The notes: generated by a model from the sequence alone, not told the origin. A stretch of 64,000 nucleotides of DNA from Gammaproteobacteria bacterium (GCA_965221695.1 OZ244905.1:2944001-3008000), one strand, 5' to 3'. Positions 40,502 to 50,337 are shown, counted from the first letter of the stretch. Numbers and translations: made by a program.

Positions 40502-42745
40502 TTAAAAACTGACGCCAAGAGTAACACTGTACCATCTCGGATGTCCCGGCATTAATTGAGCCATACCAAGCAGGGGCGTGAAATCGACCGAGTAATTCAG
40601 GTATTCCTTATCGAAAATATTTTCCACTGAAAAGCTGATACTGTAGCGCTCGTTGGCGGATTTATAACCGATCCTCCCATTCCACACACTGTAATCATCA
40701 TGAAAGTGAAACGGTGAGTTATCAATACTGAAATAATGATCATCCATGTAATTGAAATCCACCTGCAAAGAGATATTTCCCATGTCTCCCAGAGGATGAA
40801 AGTATCGAAAGATTCCATTTACAGTCACATCCGGAGACAAAGCGAGATCATTGCCGGTAAAATCCTGTCCCGGCAACCCGGTGTCAAAACCTTTATCGGC
40901 TTTGGTATCAAGCAGGCCCAGGCCTAATATCGCCTCGAAGTTTTCAACGGGCGTCAGCATTAATTCCAGCTCCGCCCCGTAGACTTCGGCATCTCCGTTG
41001 CCAAAAAAGGCCGTGCCGATAATGGGGAAAAACTGGTACTGCATATCCTGGTAATCGTAATAAAAAACAGAGGCGTTAGCGCGCAGTCTGTTGTTCATGA
41101 AGTCGCCTTTTATTCCTGCTTCATAGGCATACAGAATCTCCTCTTTAAATGGCTCCTCCTGCCCGGGCGTGTCGATATAAGAACCGTTAAATCCACCACT
41201 CTTGAAACCTGCGCTGAAACCGGCGTACAGCAACACATTATCGTTCAAACGAAAGTCAAGCCCGGCTTTGCCGGAAATATTCTCTTCATTGATGCTCCTG
41301 CGAGTATCAATAAATGTGGGAAAATTGACAGGATCCGGACTGCCAAAAATCAAGGTTCCTAGAAAGTCATAAATGGTTTCTTCAGCGTTTATCAGAAAAT
41401 CCTTGTCTTCTTCGGTATAGCGGATGCCTGCCACCGCGGTCAGCCGGTCAGTCAAATTAAAATCCAGTTGTCCGAAAACAGCCCAGGAAGAAGTATCCTG
41501 CTCCCAGCGGTTAGGCCCGACGGTGATACCGGAGAAGCCGTTGGTAAGGACTTGCACATCATCCCCGTCGAAGCTCTTTTTCGTATCGTCGAAGTAGTAG
41601 GCCCCCAACTGCCAGATGAAGTTCCCGTGTTCACCTGACAGCCTGACTTCCTGGCTGAATTGTTCCGCGTCGACCACAAATGTCGCAATGACGTTTTGGA
41701 CAGTGGGTCCGGCAGCAGGACTGGGACTGGCATCGGAATCCTCGGTGTAATTTCTTTTTATCTCTTCGTAACCCGTGATCGAGACAAATTCGATACCATT
41801 ACCCAATTGATAATTTATGGTTCCGTTTACGCCGAATGTTTCCATATCCAGCGGTCCGACAAAATTCTGGTCCGTTTTATAGAGATCGTCGTCCGTATCA
41901 CGATACCCCTGCGCATCGAAACAACCACCGGCCAGCGCCTGTTCCGTTGAACAAGGCATCGTGCCCGCCGGGTCGGTCGATAGCGTGCCCAAGTGCGCGT
42001 ATTGCGCGGCATTCTGGTCAACATCGGAGACATGGGCCCTGATCAATACATCCAGGTTATCGGCAGGCATAAAATGTAACTGCCCGCGTACAGACAGGTT
42101 TTCCCTGTCATTACCATCGCCACCAAGCCGGTTATCCATATAGCCATCGGCATTATTGGTCCGAACAGAAACACGTCCCATTAATTTGTCGCCGGCAAGA
42201 GGCCCGCTCACCGCCCCCTCAAAGTTGATGGTATCGTAGGAACCGTAAGTCAACTCGCCATAAGCCTCAAACTCCTCAGTGGGCTTTTTCGAAATAAAGT
42301 GCAATAACCCGCCCGTGGTATTCCGGCCATACAAAGTGCCTTGGGGGCCTCTCAGCGCCTCCACACGCTCGAGATCAAAAAGCTGTAAGGTTTGTCCGAC
42401 CTGCGTTCCCATGTAAATTCCGTCAATATAGAAAGCCACAGGACCTTCATTTGCATCACCAAAGTCATTCAGACCCACGCCACGCATGGAAAATGTCGGT
42501 GTGTTGCCTTCTCCGACCGGCAAACCGAATGAGAGGTTAGCGATATGCGCGACCACATCGGTTGAATTTTCAAAGCCCAGCTCCCTGACAGCCTCGCCTG
42601 AGAAGGCTGTAACGGAAACCGGCACGTCCTGCAAATTCTCCTCACGTTTCTGGGCAGTCACCAGAATTTCTTCGAGGATACCTTGCGCCGTCACTGCATT
42701 CGCATAAACGCTTGTTAACACCAGGACTGATAATAATATTCGCAT
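40502..42745 (-). CDS. TonB-dependent receptor
   Basis: LEEILVTAQKREE, RVEALRGPQGTLYGRN and C-terminal F. Confidence 0.93.
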   Translation of the reverse strand: MRILLSVLVLTSVYANAVTAQGILEEILVTAQKREENLQDVPVSVTAFSGEAVRELGFENSTDVVAHIANLSFGLPVGEGNTPTFSMRGVGLNDFGDANEGPVAFYIDGIYMGTQVGQTLQLFDLERVEALRGPQGTLYGRNTTGGLLHFISKKPTEEFEAYGELTYGSYDTINFEGAVSGPLAGDKLMGRVSVRTNNADGYMDNRLGGDGNDRENLSVRGQLHFMPADNLDVLIRAHVSDVDQNAAQYAHLGTLSTDPAGTMPCSTEQALAGGCFDAQGYRDTDDDLYKTDQNFVGPLDMETFGVNGTINYQLGNGIEFVSITGYEEIKRNYTEDSDASPSPAAGPTVQNVIATFVVDAEQFSQEVRLSGEHGNFIWQLGAYYFDDTKKSFDGDDVQVLTNGFSGITVGPNRWEQDTSSWAVFGQLDFNLTDRLTAVAGIRYTEEDKDFLINAEETIYDFLGTLIFGSPDPVNFPTFIDTRRSINEENISGKAGLDFRLNDNVLLYAGFSAGFKSGGFNGSYIDTPGQEEPFKEEILYAYEAGIKGDFMNNRLRANASVFYYDYQDMQYQFFPIIGTAFFGNGDAEVYGAELELMLTPVENFEAILGLGLLDTKADKGFDTGLPGQDFTGNDLALSPDVTVNGIFRYFHPLGDMGNISLQVDFNYMDDHYFSIDNSPFHFHDDYSVWNGRIGYKSANERYSISFSVENIFDKEYLNYSVDFTPLLGMAQLMPGHPRWYSVTLGVSF

Positions 42746-42827
42746 CGCAACCTCCTTACACTATTCAGGATGTAATCATTTTACCTCTTTAAAAATCAAC
42801 CACCTGCTTCTCACTCATAGCCAGCTT

Positions 42828-44180
42828 CTATACTTTAACCTCTTCCGCTTCAACTTGGCTGGTTGTCAGCCTCTCCTTGGCTTTTTTGATTAATACGTCC
42901 AAAACTCCCGGCTCATCCGCCAGGATACGTCTACCACTGATATTTGCTTCCGACATCAGTATCTTCACCTGTTTTACCAAATGTCTATCGTCATAAATAT
43001 CCTTTCCATACCCCAATTCCCTCAGCCTGTTGCGGATCACCGCCGGCATTGCCAGCGCCGGTGTAATACGCCATCCGGACTTATGGCCGATTGCCTCCGG
43101 GTTCAAGTCTTGCGGTCTGTCTGTCTGCACGAACGCTTCGTCAACATAGTGAAATGACCGTTTTCCGAAAACCGGATAATCCTCATGCAGCGGTTCCCCC
43201 ATATGAATGACCGACATCCTCTCCACAATTGGATACAATTTATCTACCGCATAGGTATCACTTACGTGCTCATTGCCTGCGCGCAGTAAATTACAGATCA
43301 ACATCGCGCCCGAACTATGACCTCCCTGCGCGGCGTGCGGAGAAAGACCTGCCCAGATTCCATCCGCGCCGGCCAGAATGGAATCAATCGCCGATGCATC
43401 CTCCATGCCGTTGCCGGAATGGGAATGTACCAGTATCAGTCTGGGAGGCGTTACATACTTTCGAATAAGCCTGACCAATTCCGCATTCTGAAAAGGAAAG
43501 TGAGTGCCGCGCACATCCTCAAAAATAACCGCCTGGATGGGAAGTTGTTGCAGCAGTTTCAGCGTCTGTGTCAAAAACCTGGGATCCTGATCCCAGGCGT
43601 CGAAAATATCTACAAAACGGATAAATATCCTGCCGCGCCGTCCCGTCGGCTGAGGCAGGATTTCCCGCAGATATTCAACATTTCTGACGATATCACGGAA
43701 CAGGTCGTCGTAGGTCCGGCCAGTCGCTTTCAGGAGTTCCGGTTCAAGATATATCAATAACAGACAGTTCGGCGTGCCTACTGATTCAAATTGCCGTTGG
43801 CTGTAGGTAGGCTTGAATGGTTTGTCTTTTTCAGTTTTCGCCGGCATCAGGTTCGAAAAATAGCCATCCATGGAATCGCCAGACTCCCTGAGTTGCTCTG
43901 CAAACACCTGATCGACATTTTCGTAATCGAAATAGCCGGTTATCGATATGTCCTCGAATCCAAATTCCTTGGACAGTGACAGTAGTTCATGCTTATCATC
44001 CAAGGTATGACCATAACTTGCCGGCAAACTCCCTTCTCTTGGCGCCATATCCAGGATAAACGGTTTGATATTTTTCAAAATTGCCAGTTTGCGATCAATT
44101 TGCTCCCTGACTCCTTCGGTGGCTTTCAGGTCTGTTTCATCGAGCCGGGTCAATTTCTTAATATCAGCCTCAAGCATCAC
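42828..44180 (-). CDS. Divergent DRE-TIM (HMGL-like / isopropylmalate synthase-like) protein
   Basis: ILDMAPREGS resembles IFDTTLRDG; HSH metal motif; AGAD and GGH; P+FG..SF near the C-terminus. Confidence 0.55.
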   Translation of the reverse strand: MMLEADIKKLTRLDETDLKATEGVREQIDRKLAILKNIKPFILDMAPREGSLPASYGHTLDDKHELLSLSKEFGFEDISITGYFDYENVDQVFAEQLRESGDSMDGYFSNLMPAKTEKDKPFKPTYSQRQFESVGTPNCLLLIYLEPELLKATGRTYDDLFRDIVRNVEYLREILPQPTGRRGRIFIRFVDIFDAWDQDPRFLTQTLKLLQQLPIQAVIFEDVRGTHFPFQNAELVRLIRKYVTPPRLILVHSHSGNGMEDASAIDSILAGADGIWAGLSPHAAQGGHSSGAMLICNLLRAGNEHVSDTYAVDKLYPIVERMSVIHMGEPLHEDYPVFGKRSFHYVDEAFVQTDRPQDLNPEAIGHKSGWRITPALAMPAVIRNRLRELGYGKDIYDDRHLVKQVKILMSEANISGRRILADEPGVLDVLIKKAKERLTTSQVEAEEVKV

Positions 44181-44197
44181 TCTATCTCACGCAATCA

Positions 44198-45169
44198 TTA
44201 ACTCTGACTTTCCGACACAATCTGATTTCGAGCGGCCAGAGTCCTGATCTGGACGAATATCGTCTTGAGGAAACCATTTTCACAATGTTTGATGCGGCCC
44301 TCAAGTAACTCCGTTAATTCAGCCAGCCTGTGAAACGGGACAAGAGGCGCGGCATGGTGGGCGCTGTGATACGGCATACGCCAGGAAAGCATGGAAAGCA
44401 GCGGATTTAACAGTACCGTTCTCGAATTTTCCATCATGTCCGGCGACTTCGCGCAGCACACATGTTCAGTCATACGTATCAGGCGTTCTACAGGTTCCAT
44501 AATCACTCTTGGGGCAAGCCAGAAAACAACTATTGCCCAGGTCTGATATAAAATGGATAACGCAGCCAGACCCACATAAATACACAAAAATATGCAGGCT
44601 TCCAACTGAACTTTCTTGCGCTCGGCGGCGGGTACCGCTCGTCGCGTTATTGCGTTCATCCAGCCAAACGGCTGCAGTAACAGGTTCCGGGCAATGTTAT
44701 AAAAATAAGGAATGGCCGAGCCATACCAAAGATATTGCCAGAGATTCTCAGCCTTCACGTATTGGGCATCGCGCGCCGGGTCCTGGGTATATGTGTGATG
44801 ATCAGCATGCTCATACCTGAATGCCAGCGGTGGTAACATCAATATCAAACCAGTGATCCAAAACAGGGTATTGTTGAGCCACCTGGTTTTAAACACCGTT
44901 CCATGTGATGCTTCATGGTATGGCGCAAACAACCGGACGATAATAAAACCATGTAGAAGCAGAGCAGGATAAAACCAGGCTGAATCCAGCACAGAGTAAA
45001 GTAAACAACCGGTGCATCCTACTGCGCTGAAATGGAACAAGGCGAATACAAGCCCGCTTCGGTCCTGGCGTTGCATCAGTTCTGCCATCCTTCTTGGACC
45101 CACCAAATCCCTTACGGCCGCAGAAGCGGCAATGGTCGTATTACGGCTGCCCGATTGCATATCATTCAT
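44198..45169 (-). CDS. Membrane di-iron desaturase/oxygenase (MocD-like)
   Basis: Three His boxes: HEASH, HADHH and HSAHH (W.MPYH..HH..P.VPFH.L). Confidence 0.85.
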   Translation of the reverse strand: MNDMQSGSRNTTIAASAAVRDLVGPRRMAELMQRQDRSGLVFALFHFSAVGCTGCLLYSVLDSAWFYPALLLHGFIIVRLFAPYHEASHGTVFKTRWLNNTLFWITGLILMLPPLAFRYEHADHHTYTQDPARDAQYVKAENLWQYLWYGSAIPYFYNIARNLLLQPFGWMNAITRRAVPAAERKKVQLEACIFLCIYVGLAALSILYQTWAIVVFWLAPRVIMEPVERLIRMTEHVCCAKSPDMMENSRTVLLNPLLSMLSWRMPYHSAHHAAPLVPFHRLAELTELLEGRIKHCENGFLKTIFVQIRTLAARNQIVSESQS

Positions 45170-45297
45170 CTTATGACGATAGTAAATATTCCACTATGCG
45201 GAATTATGTTCTATAATGATATCGAAAATGGTTTATTCTGTCAAACAGAAAGTAGAAAAGAAAGCATAAAAGTTCAACTATGATGAAATAACAGAAA

Positions 45298-45624
45298 ATG
45301 AGCGCATTTGATGAATTGACCTGGCATGACGTTGCAGATGTATCACAGGTTGATGACCTGTTGCCACTGGCGGTGGAAATCGCCGGGCGTTTTATCTCGT
45401 TGTACAGAGTTAAGGACGAAATATATGCCACCGCAAATATCTGCTCACACGAAGAAGCCTTGTTATCCGAAGGTTATATTGATGATGATGAGATTGTCTG
45501 TCCGATTCACCAGGCAAGGTTTCATATACCCACAGGCAGGGTTCTTTGCGCGCCGGCAACGGAAGATATTCTCGTTTATCCCGTGCGTATTACGGAAAAT
45601 CGGGTTTTAGTCGGAATCTCGTGA
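45298..45624 (+). CDS. Rieske-type ferredoxin (MocE-like)
   Basis: CSH...CPIH.ARF...TG motif, 108 aa. Confidence 0.9.
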   Translation: MSAFDELTWHDVADVSQVDDLLPLAVEIAGRFISLYRVKDEIYATANICSHEEALLSEGYIDDDEIVCPIHQARFHIPTGRVLCAPATEDILVYPVRITENRVLVGIS

Positions 45625-45627
45625 AAA

Positions 45628-46137
45628 TTATCGAATTGCTACGCCGAGCACAATCGAGGTAGAGCAATGATAGGCCTGGCTGCTGACGCCCAGACACCAG
45701 TTGTATTCATTTGAGAGAAATGGCGTATGCATTGGTCGCGAGCCTTCATTTCTTGTGCACAGACAACGCCCGCAGGAGCTTTTACCACAGCAGTCGTTGT
45801 ATGAAATAATGTAATCCTTGCCGTCTTCGGGATTTCTGCAAGTTCCTATCCATGTAATTGGCGACATCTCGGCGCCAGGCGGACAAGTGTTGTAGCTGCC
45901 CCCGCAACATGAACAGAGAAAACCGTCAATAGCGCAATAACGCCAGTAATCACACTCTCTGGGATTTACGGCCTGCTCACTGGCCGATGAAGTTTCAGTA
46001 GCGCGGGCTACGGGCAACAACGGTATGGCGGATGTCCCCAGCAGGATTCTGCCCAGCGCGGCCAGTACGTTGCGCCGCGAGGTCCGTTTTGCAATAACGC
46101 GCACAACTTTTTCACTGATGTCATCAAAATAATTCAT
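45628..46137 (-). CDS. TTQ amine dehydrogenase light chain (MauA/AauA family)
   Basis: TAT motif SRRNVL; CDYWRYCAIDGFLCSCCGG; ITWIGTC and YNWC (the two TTQ Trp); DCCG. Confidence 0.92.
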   Translation of the reverse strand: MNYFDDISEKVVRVIAKRTSRRNVLAALGRILLGTSAIPLLPVARATETSSASEQAVNPRECDYWRYCAIDGFLCSCCGGSYNTCPPGAEMSPITWIGTCRNPEDGKDYIISYNDCCGKSSCGRCLCTRNEGSRPMHTPFLSNEYNWCLGVSSQAYHCSTSIVLGVAIR

Positions 46138-46185
46138 TGATTACGAGCTGCGTATGTAGTCTGTCATGATTATGTAGTAACTGCA

Positions 46186-47355
46186 TTACCTGGAAACAGG
46201 CGTCTGCAGGATAGTGGGAGTCTGTCCTAGTTGTGTGACTTTACGCAGCAACGAGCCTGCTTCGGCATCGTAAATCAAAAGTTCCGGATAGGCTGAAAAG
46301 ACTGCAAAAAGCAATGGGTTATCGTCTTGCGATAATAGAATAGCGGTTGCCAGTTGTTCAAGTTTAATGGTCTTTGTGCGTTTTCTTGTGCGCAAATTGT
46401 ATACCCAGACGTCACGGCCCGGATCTTTATAAGAATCATTATTGCCCTGGTGCATCAAGACATACAGTCGTGATTGCCGCTGGTGCACCGCTAACGGTTG
46501 CAGGCCGCTCATAATCCATCCTTCAGTACGTTCCGCGTCCGATAGCAGAGACCATTTCTCATGGAATACCGGCTCTCCACTACTTGTGTGTGATACCGGG
46601 TAAATATATCCACGGACAGATGAAAATAGCCATTGTTCTCCGAAGCGAACGGCTTTTTCAGATACAAAATCACCTTCAGGGTCAAAAAATTGCCTGGTAC
46701 GATACTTTCTTTTATTCTGCCCGTTCTCATCCAGGTCTATCACAAGCAGTGTTCCATCCGCACATATCGATGCCAGCGTCTGCGCGCCGAAGGCATACAC
46801 CATGGCGCACCCACTTGTTTCGATTTCTCTTATAAATCTGTGTTCTTTGACATCAACAAGACTGATGGTCTGTGCCGGAGTATAGTTGTAAACAGCCAGG
46901 AATCGGTTATCATCAGTAAGCGTGGCATTTTGTGTAGTCGGGATGGTTTCAGCCCGTTTAGGTGGTATCTCAATCTCCGCTACAGGGAATAGTGTCCCGG
47001 CATCATAGATCGTGATCACATCTGTTCTCGTACCGCGTGTGCCACGGGACCAGTAGGTCTCAGGCGAGTAAATCGCGCGGTAATCACTTGGCAGCGCCAA
47101 CGCCATTCCATGTATGCCAGTGCTCAACATGCCCAGCATATCGCCGCTATCACCGTCAATAAGGAAAGCCCTTCCTGCTTCAAGATGGGTAAACGAAACG
47201 TCATTGATCCAGACCCAGTGTGGGTTTGGTTGTGCTGGAAGTTCTCTTACGTTGCCCAGCTTTTCTGCAGGTAACTCTGCGACAACATCAGTAATAAGCA
47301 GTGACAGAACTGCCAAGGCAGCCAGAGCGGTCACGTTGTGTGAACGGTTCAACAC
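46186..47355 (-). CDS. TTQ amine dehydrogenase heavy chain (MauB/AauB beta-propeller)
   Basis: Signal peptide; ETYWSRGTRGTRTDV, YNYTPA, GC...C.DG and YVLMH...K..G..VWV. Confidence 0.9.
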   Translation of the reverse strand: MLNRSHNVTALAALAVLSLLITDVVAELPAEKLGNVRELPAQPNPHWVWINDVSFTHLEAGRAFLIDGDSGDMLGMLSTGIHGMALALPSDYRAIYSPETYWSRGTRGTRTDVITIYDAGTLFPVAEIEIPPKRAETIPTTQNATLTDDNRFLAVYNYTPAQTISLVDVKEHRFIREIETSGCAMVYAFGAQTLASICADGTLLVIDLDENGQNKRKYRTRQFFDPEGDFVSEKAVRFGEQWLFSSVRGYIYPVSHTSSGEPVFHEKWSLLSDAERTEGWIMSGLQPLAVHQRQSRLYVLMHQGNNDSYKDPGRDVWVYNLRTRKRTKTIKLEQLATAILLSQDDNPLLFAVFSAYPELLIYDAEAGSLLRKVTQLGQTPTILQTPVSR

Positions 47356-47358
47356 AGT

Positions 47359-48162
47359 CTATCCACCCAGATTCCTGGTTATTTCATCTGAAGAATGTTT
47401 CAGATAACTGACCAGGACCTTCGTATCCAGTTTCAGGAAACGGTCAGCCGGTCCAATAATGCCTACACTGCCTATGACCTCATGTGAGCTATCGAAAATA
47501 GGCATGGCTATACCAGCCGCCCCTTCACTGATTTCTTCAATAGACGTGGCGAAACCATATTTTTTTATGCGGTCCAGTTCATTTTCAATCAGTTTTCTGT
47601 CGGTAATTGTCTTATCGGTTAATTTCTCCATGGAATTAGATAAGGCAACTTCCACTTCATCATCATGCATGAACGCGAGGACCGCTTTAGCTGAACCACC
47701 AGCGTGTAGCGGAACATGCTGGCCATCTTCCATCATCAACCTTAAACCGGGGTTATTATTGATTTGCAACGCGCATATTACCGAATCCCTTAGGGGACTC
47801 AGCATCATGAGTATCGCTGTCTCTCTTGTCCGCGCGGATAAATTATTAAGGACAGGATGTGTAATACGGCGGATATCGATCTGCGCCAGGGCGCGCTGAC
47901 CGATCTGCAAAGCCAGAGGACCAAGCCGGTACTGCTCGGAATCCGCATCCTGGGAGAGAATTTTTTTATCCTGCAAGACAGTTAAAATACGGTGCACCGT
48001 GGTTTTCGGTAATCCTGTCTCTTTCGTGACTCCAGCGAGAGTCCAACTGGGATGCTCGGTGGAAAATAATTCAATTATCTGAAATGTCTTATCAAGTATC
48101 TTGATCTGTGGAGGGGAATTCCTACGCGGTCTGCCGCGACGTTTTGCCATTTGTGAGTCCAA
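47359..48162 (-). CDS. IclR family transcriptional regulator
   Basis: TGLPKTTVHRIL HTH, YRLG, PLHAGGSAKA.LA and E...G..GIA.PI. Confidence 0.92.
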   Translation of the reverse strand: MDSQMAKRRGRPRRNSPPQIKILDKTFQIIELFSTEHPSWTLAGVTKETGLPKTTVHRILTVLQDKKILSQDADSEQYRLGPLALQIGQRALAQIDIRRITHPVLNNLSARTRETAILMMLSPLRDSVICALQINNNPGLRLMMEDGQHVPLHAGGSAKAVLAFMHDDEVEVALSNSMEKLTDKTITDRKLIENELDRIKKYGFATSIEEISEGAAGIAMPIFDSSHEVIGSVGIIGPADRFLKLDTKVLVSYLKHSSDEITRNLGG

Positions 48163-48180
48163 CTCTGTGACGGGCGCACA

Positions 48181-48795
48181 TTAATGGCTTATCCAGGTTT
48201 CGGAAAACGCCAAAAAAGCGCTACTCATGGAGCGACCAAAAAATTGGCGGGGATACACATTTCCTTTAAGCGTTCGGCCATTAACAGTTATTTCGGCCGA
48301 ACCTGCCTCTACAAACAGGCTGTACATCTGATGCTCGCCAGTAGCGCTTTGATCTTTATCAACGTCAACAGCAAACGGTTCGCCCAACTCTCCCCAGGCC
48401 ATTATGATCTCAATGTTTCCGCCTGTCACAGTCTCCATATAAGCGCCATGCGTATCACCGCTCGTTTTTATGTTTTCTATTGGCACGCGCGTCATTGCCG
48501 TCAGACCGGCACGATTCCGGAAGGTTGGAAACTTAGAGACAAAATCCCGCAAAATGTAGTCCGTCATCGCATCGTTATCAGTCATCAGCACATTAGCCAC
48601 ATCCGGCATTCCGTTTGCCTCATCCGGCCTTTCCAGCAACAGTAGAAAGTTGCCTCTACCATGCGGAGACACGACAACACGTCCGAAGACAGCAAGCGTA
48701 ATCCAAGGCCCATCAGGATTATCACGCAGGTAAATTCCCGGATTTTCACCCGACCATTCGACTTTACCAGGATTGATTGGACTTTTATCGGTCAT
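48181..48795 (-). CDS. Hypothetical protein
   Basis: ATG with AAGGGG SD; 204 aa, co-oriented with iclR; no family recognised. Confidence 0.7.
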   Translation of the reverse strand: MTDKSPINPGKVEWSGENPGIYLRDNPDGPWITLAVFGRVVVSPHGRGNFLLLLERPDEANGMPDVANVLMTDNDAMTDYILRDFVSKFPTFRNRAGLTAMTRVPIENIKTSGDTHGAYMETVTGGNIEIIMAWGELGEPFAVDVDKDQSATGEHQMYSLFVEAGSAEITVNGRTLKGNVYPRQFFGRSMSSAFLAFSETWISH

Positions 48796-48835
48796 GGTAT
48801 TATCCCCTTTGTAGACTGGCTGTTGTCAAATAATT

Positions 48836-48909
48836 CGCCCTGAAGAGGATTCGAACCTCTGGCCTTCCGCTTAGGAGGCGGACGCTCTATCCAACTGAGC
48901 TATCAGGGC
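48836..48909 (-). tRNA. tRNA-Arg (anticodon CCT), CCA not encoded
   Basis: Minus strand reads GCCCTGATAGCTCAGTTGGATAGAGCG-TCCGC-CTCCTAA-GCGGA-AGGCCAGAGGTTCGAATCCTCTTCAGGGCG; full cloverleaf. Confidence 0.95.
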
Positions 48910-48973
48910 ACAGTTCGGGAATTAAATGATTCCCGGTTGACCGAGTAAAGCATATCATTTATTAATTCTCTCC

Positions 48974-49648
48974 ATGCAAAAATATTCAGTTATCATTCCC
49001 GCCCTCAATGAGGCGGACTATATTGGCGCGACCTTGGAACGGCTCCAACCGGCTCGCGCCAGGGGCCATGAAGTGATCCTGGTGGATGGCGGCAGCGCGG
49101 ATGACACCTGTGGGATCGCGGCCGGCGCAGCGGATCGCGTGTTGCAATGGCATTCCGGCAGGGCCAGGCAAATGAATTGCGGCGCCGAGGCCGCGCGCGG
49201 CGAGGTCTATGTTTTCCTCCACGCCGACACCTTGATACCCACCGACTTTGACAAGCTCCTGGATGCTCGCGATGTCTGCGAAAATACCTGGGGGAGCTTC
49301 GATATCAGGTTGTCCGGCCAGCATATCAGTTTCCGTTGTATCGAGCGATGCATGAATCTTCGCTCAAGACTGACCGGTATCGCTATGGGAGACCAGGCTA
49401 TTTTTACCGGTTCTCATCTGTTTCATCGTGTAAATGGTTATGCGGACATCCCGTTGATGGAGGATATTGAATTGTGCGCCAGGCTGAAACAGATTTCTGC
49501 GCCGATCCGTATAAGACAACCTGTTGTCAGCTCATCCCGACGCTGGGAGCAACATGGCATCGCCAGCACTGTGCTGCTTTCATGGAAACTGAGACTCTGT
49601 TATACGTTCGGCGCCGACCCTAAGCAACTCGCACGGCTCTACCACTAA
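48974..49648 (+). CDS. GT2 glycosyltransferase (TIGR04283-like)
   Basis: SVIIPALNE, VDGGS.D.T, GRARQMN.GA, FLHADT, GDQAIF, PLMED and S.RRW...G. Confidence 0.88.
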   Translation: MQKYSVIIPALNEADYIGATLERLQPARARGHEVILVDGGSADDTCGIAAGAADRVLQWHSGRARQMNCGAEAARGEVYVFLHADTLIPTDFDKLLDARDVCENTWGSFDIRLSGQHISFRCIERCMNLRSRLTGIAMGDQAIFTGSHLFHRVNGYADIPLMEDIELCARLKQISAPIRIRQPVVSSSRRWEQHGIASTVLLSWKLRLCYTFGADPKQLARLYH

Positions 49649-49674
49649 CCGGCCAGGTTCAAATCAGGACAACT

Positions 49675-50292
49675 ATGAATTCCCGAGAACAGGCTGGATC
49701 TGACACAGCATTGCTGGTGTTCACGCGTGCGCCGGAACCGGGAAATGTGAAAACCCGCTTGCTATCCGCAATCGGCGCTGAGCGGGCTACTGCGATACAA
49801 ATCGAATTATTGTGTCGGACACTGGAAACGGCGCGCAACTCGAGCGTGGGCTCTATCGAACTGTGGTGTGCGCCGACTACGCAACATCCCGTCCTGCTCG
49901 AACTGAAGGACAGCTTTTCACTGACGTTACGCGCGCAGACCGGCGCCGATCTGGGTGAGCGTATGTGTTTCGCTATGGAGCAGGCTTTGCGGGTCTACTC
50001 GCGTGTGACGTTGGTCGGCAGTGACTGTATGGATTTGGTTGCGACGGATATTGATCTCGCTTTGGAAAAGTTGGCTGTCGGGAACGATGTCGTCCTGGGT
50101 CCGGCCTTGGATGGCGGGTATTATCTGCTTGGATTGACCCGGTTGTACCGGCAACTGTTTGCCGGAATTAAGTGGGGAACGGATACGGTACTCCAGGACA
50201 CCAGGGAACGTGTGGTCGGATCCGGGCTGAAATTACATGAACTGCCGGCGCGTCGCGATCTTGACCGACCCGAAGACCTGCGCTACCTGTAG
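49675..50292 (+). CDS. DUF2064 / TIGR04282-like glycosyltransferase-associated protein
   Basis: F.RAP.PG.VKTRL, Q.G.DLGERM, GSDC, GPA.DGGYYL and D.D.PEDL. Confidence 0.88.
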   Translation: MNSREQAGSDTALLVFTRAPEPGNVKTRLLSAIGAERATAIQIELLCRTLETARNSSVGSIELWCAPTTQHPVLLELKDSFSLTLRAQTGADLGERMCFAMEQALRVYSRVTLVGSDCMDLVATDIDLALEKLAVGNDVVLGPALDGGYYLLGLTRLYRQLFAGIKWGTDTVLQDTRERVVGSGLKLHELPARRDLDRPEDLRYL

Positions 50293-50337
50293 ACGTCACG
50301 TTGAAACATGAAAGCCTGCCGTTGTGGCCGGCACAAG

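Noticed and set aside
37700-48835. Intact integrative element or prophage at tRNA-Arg
   Set aside because: No integrase, phage genes or att duplication seen; described only as an island-like region.
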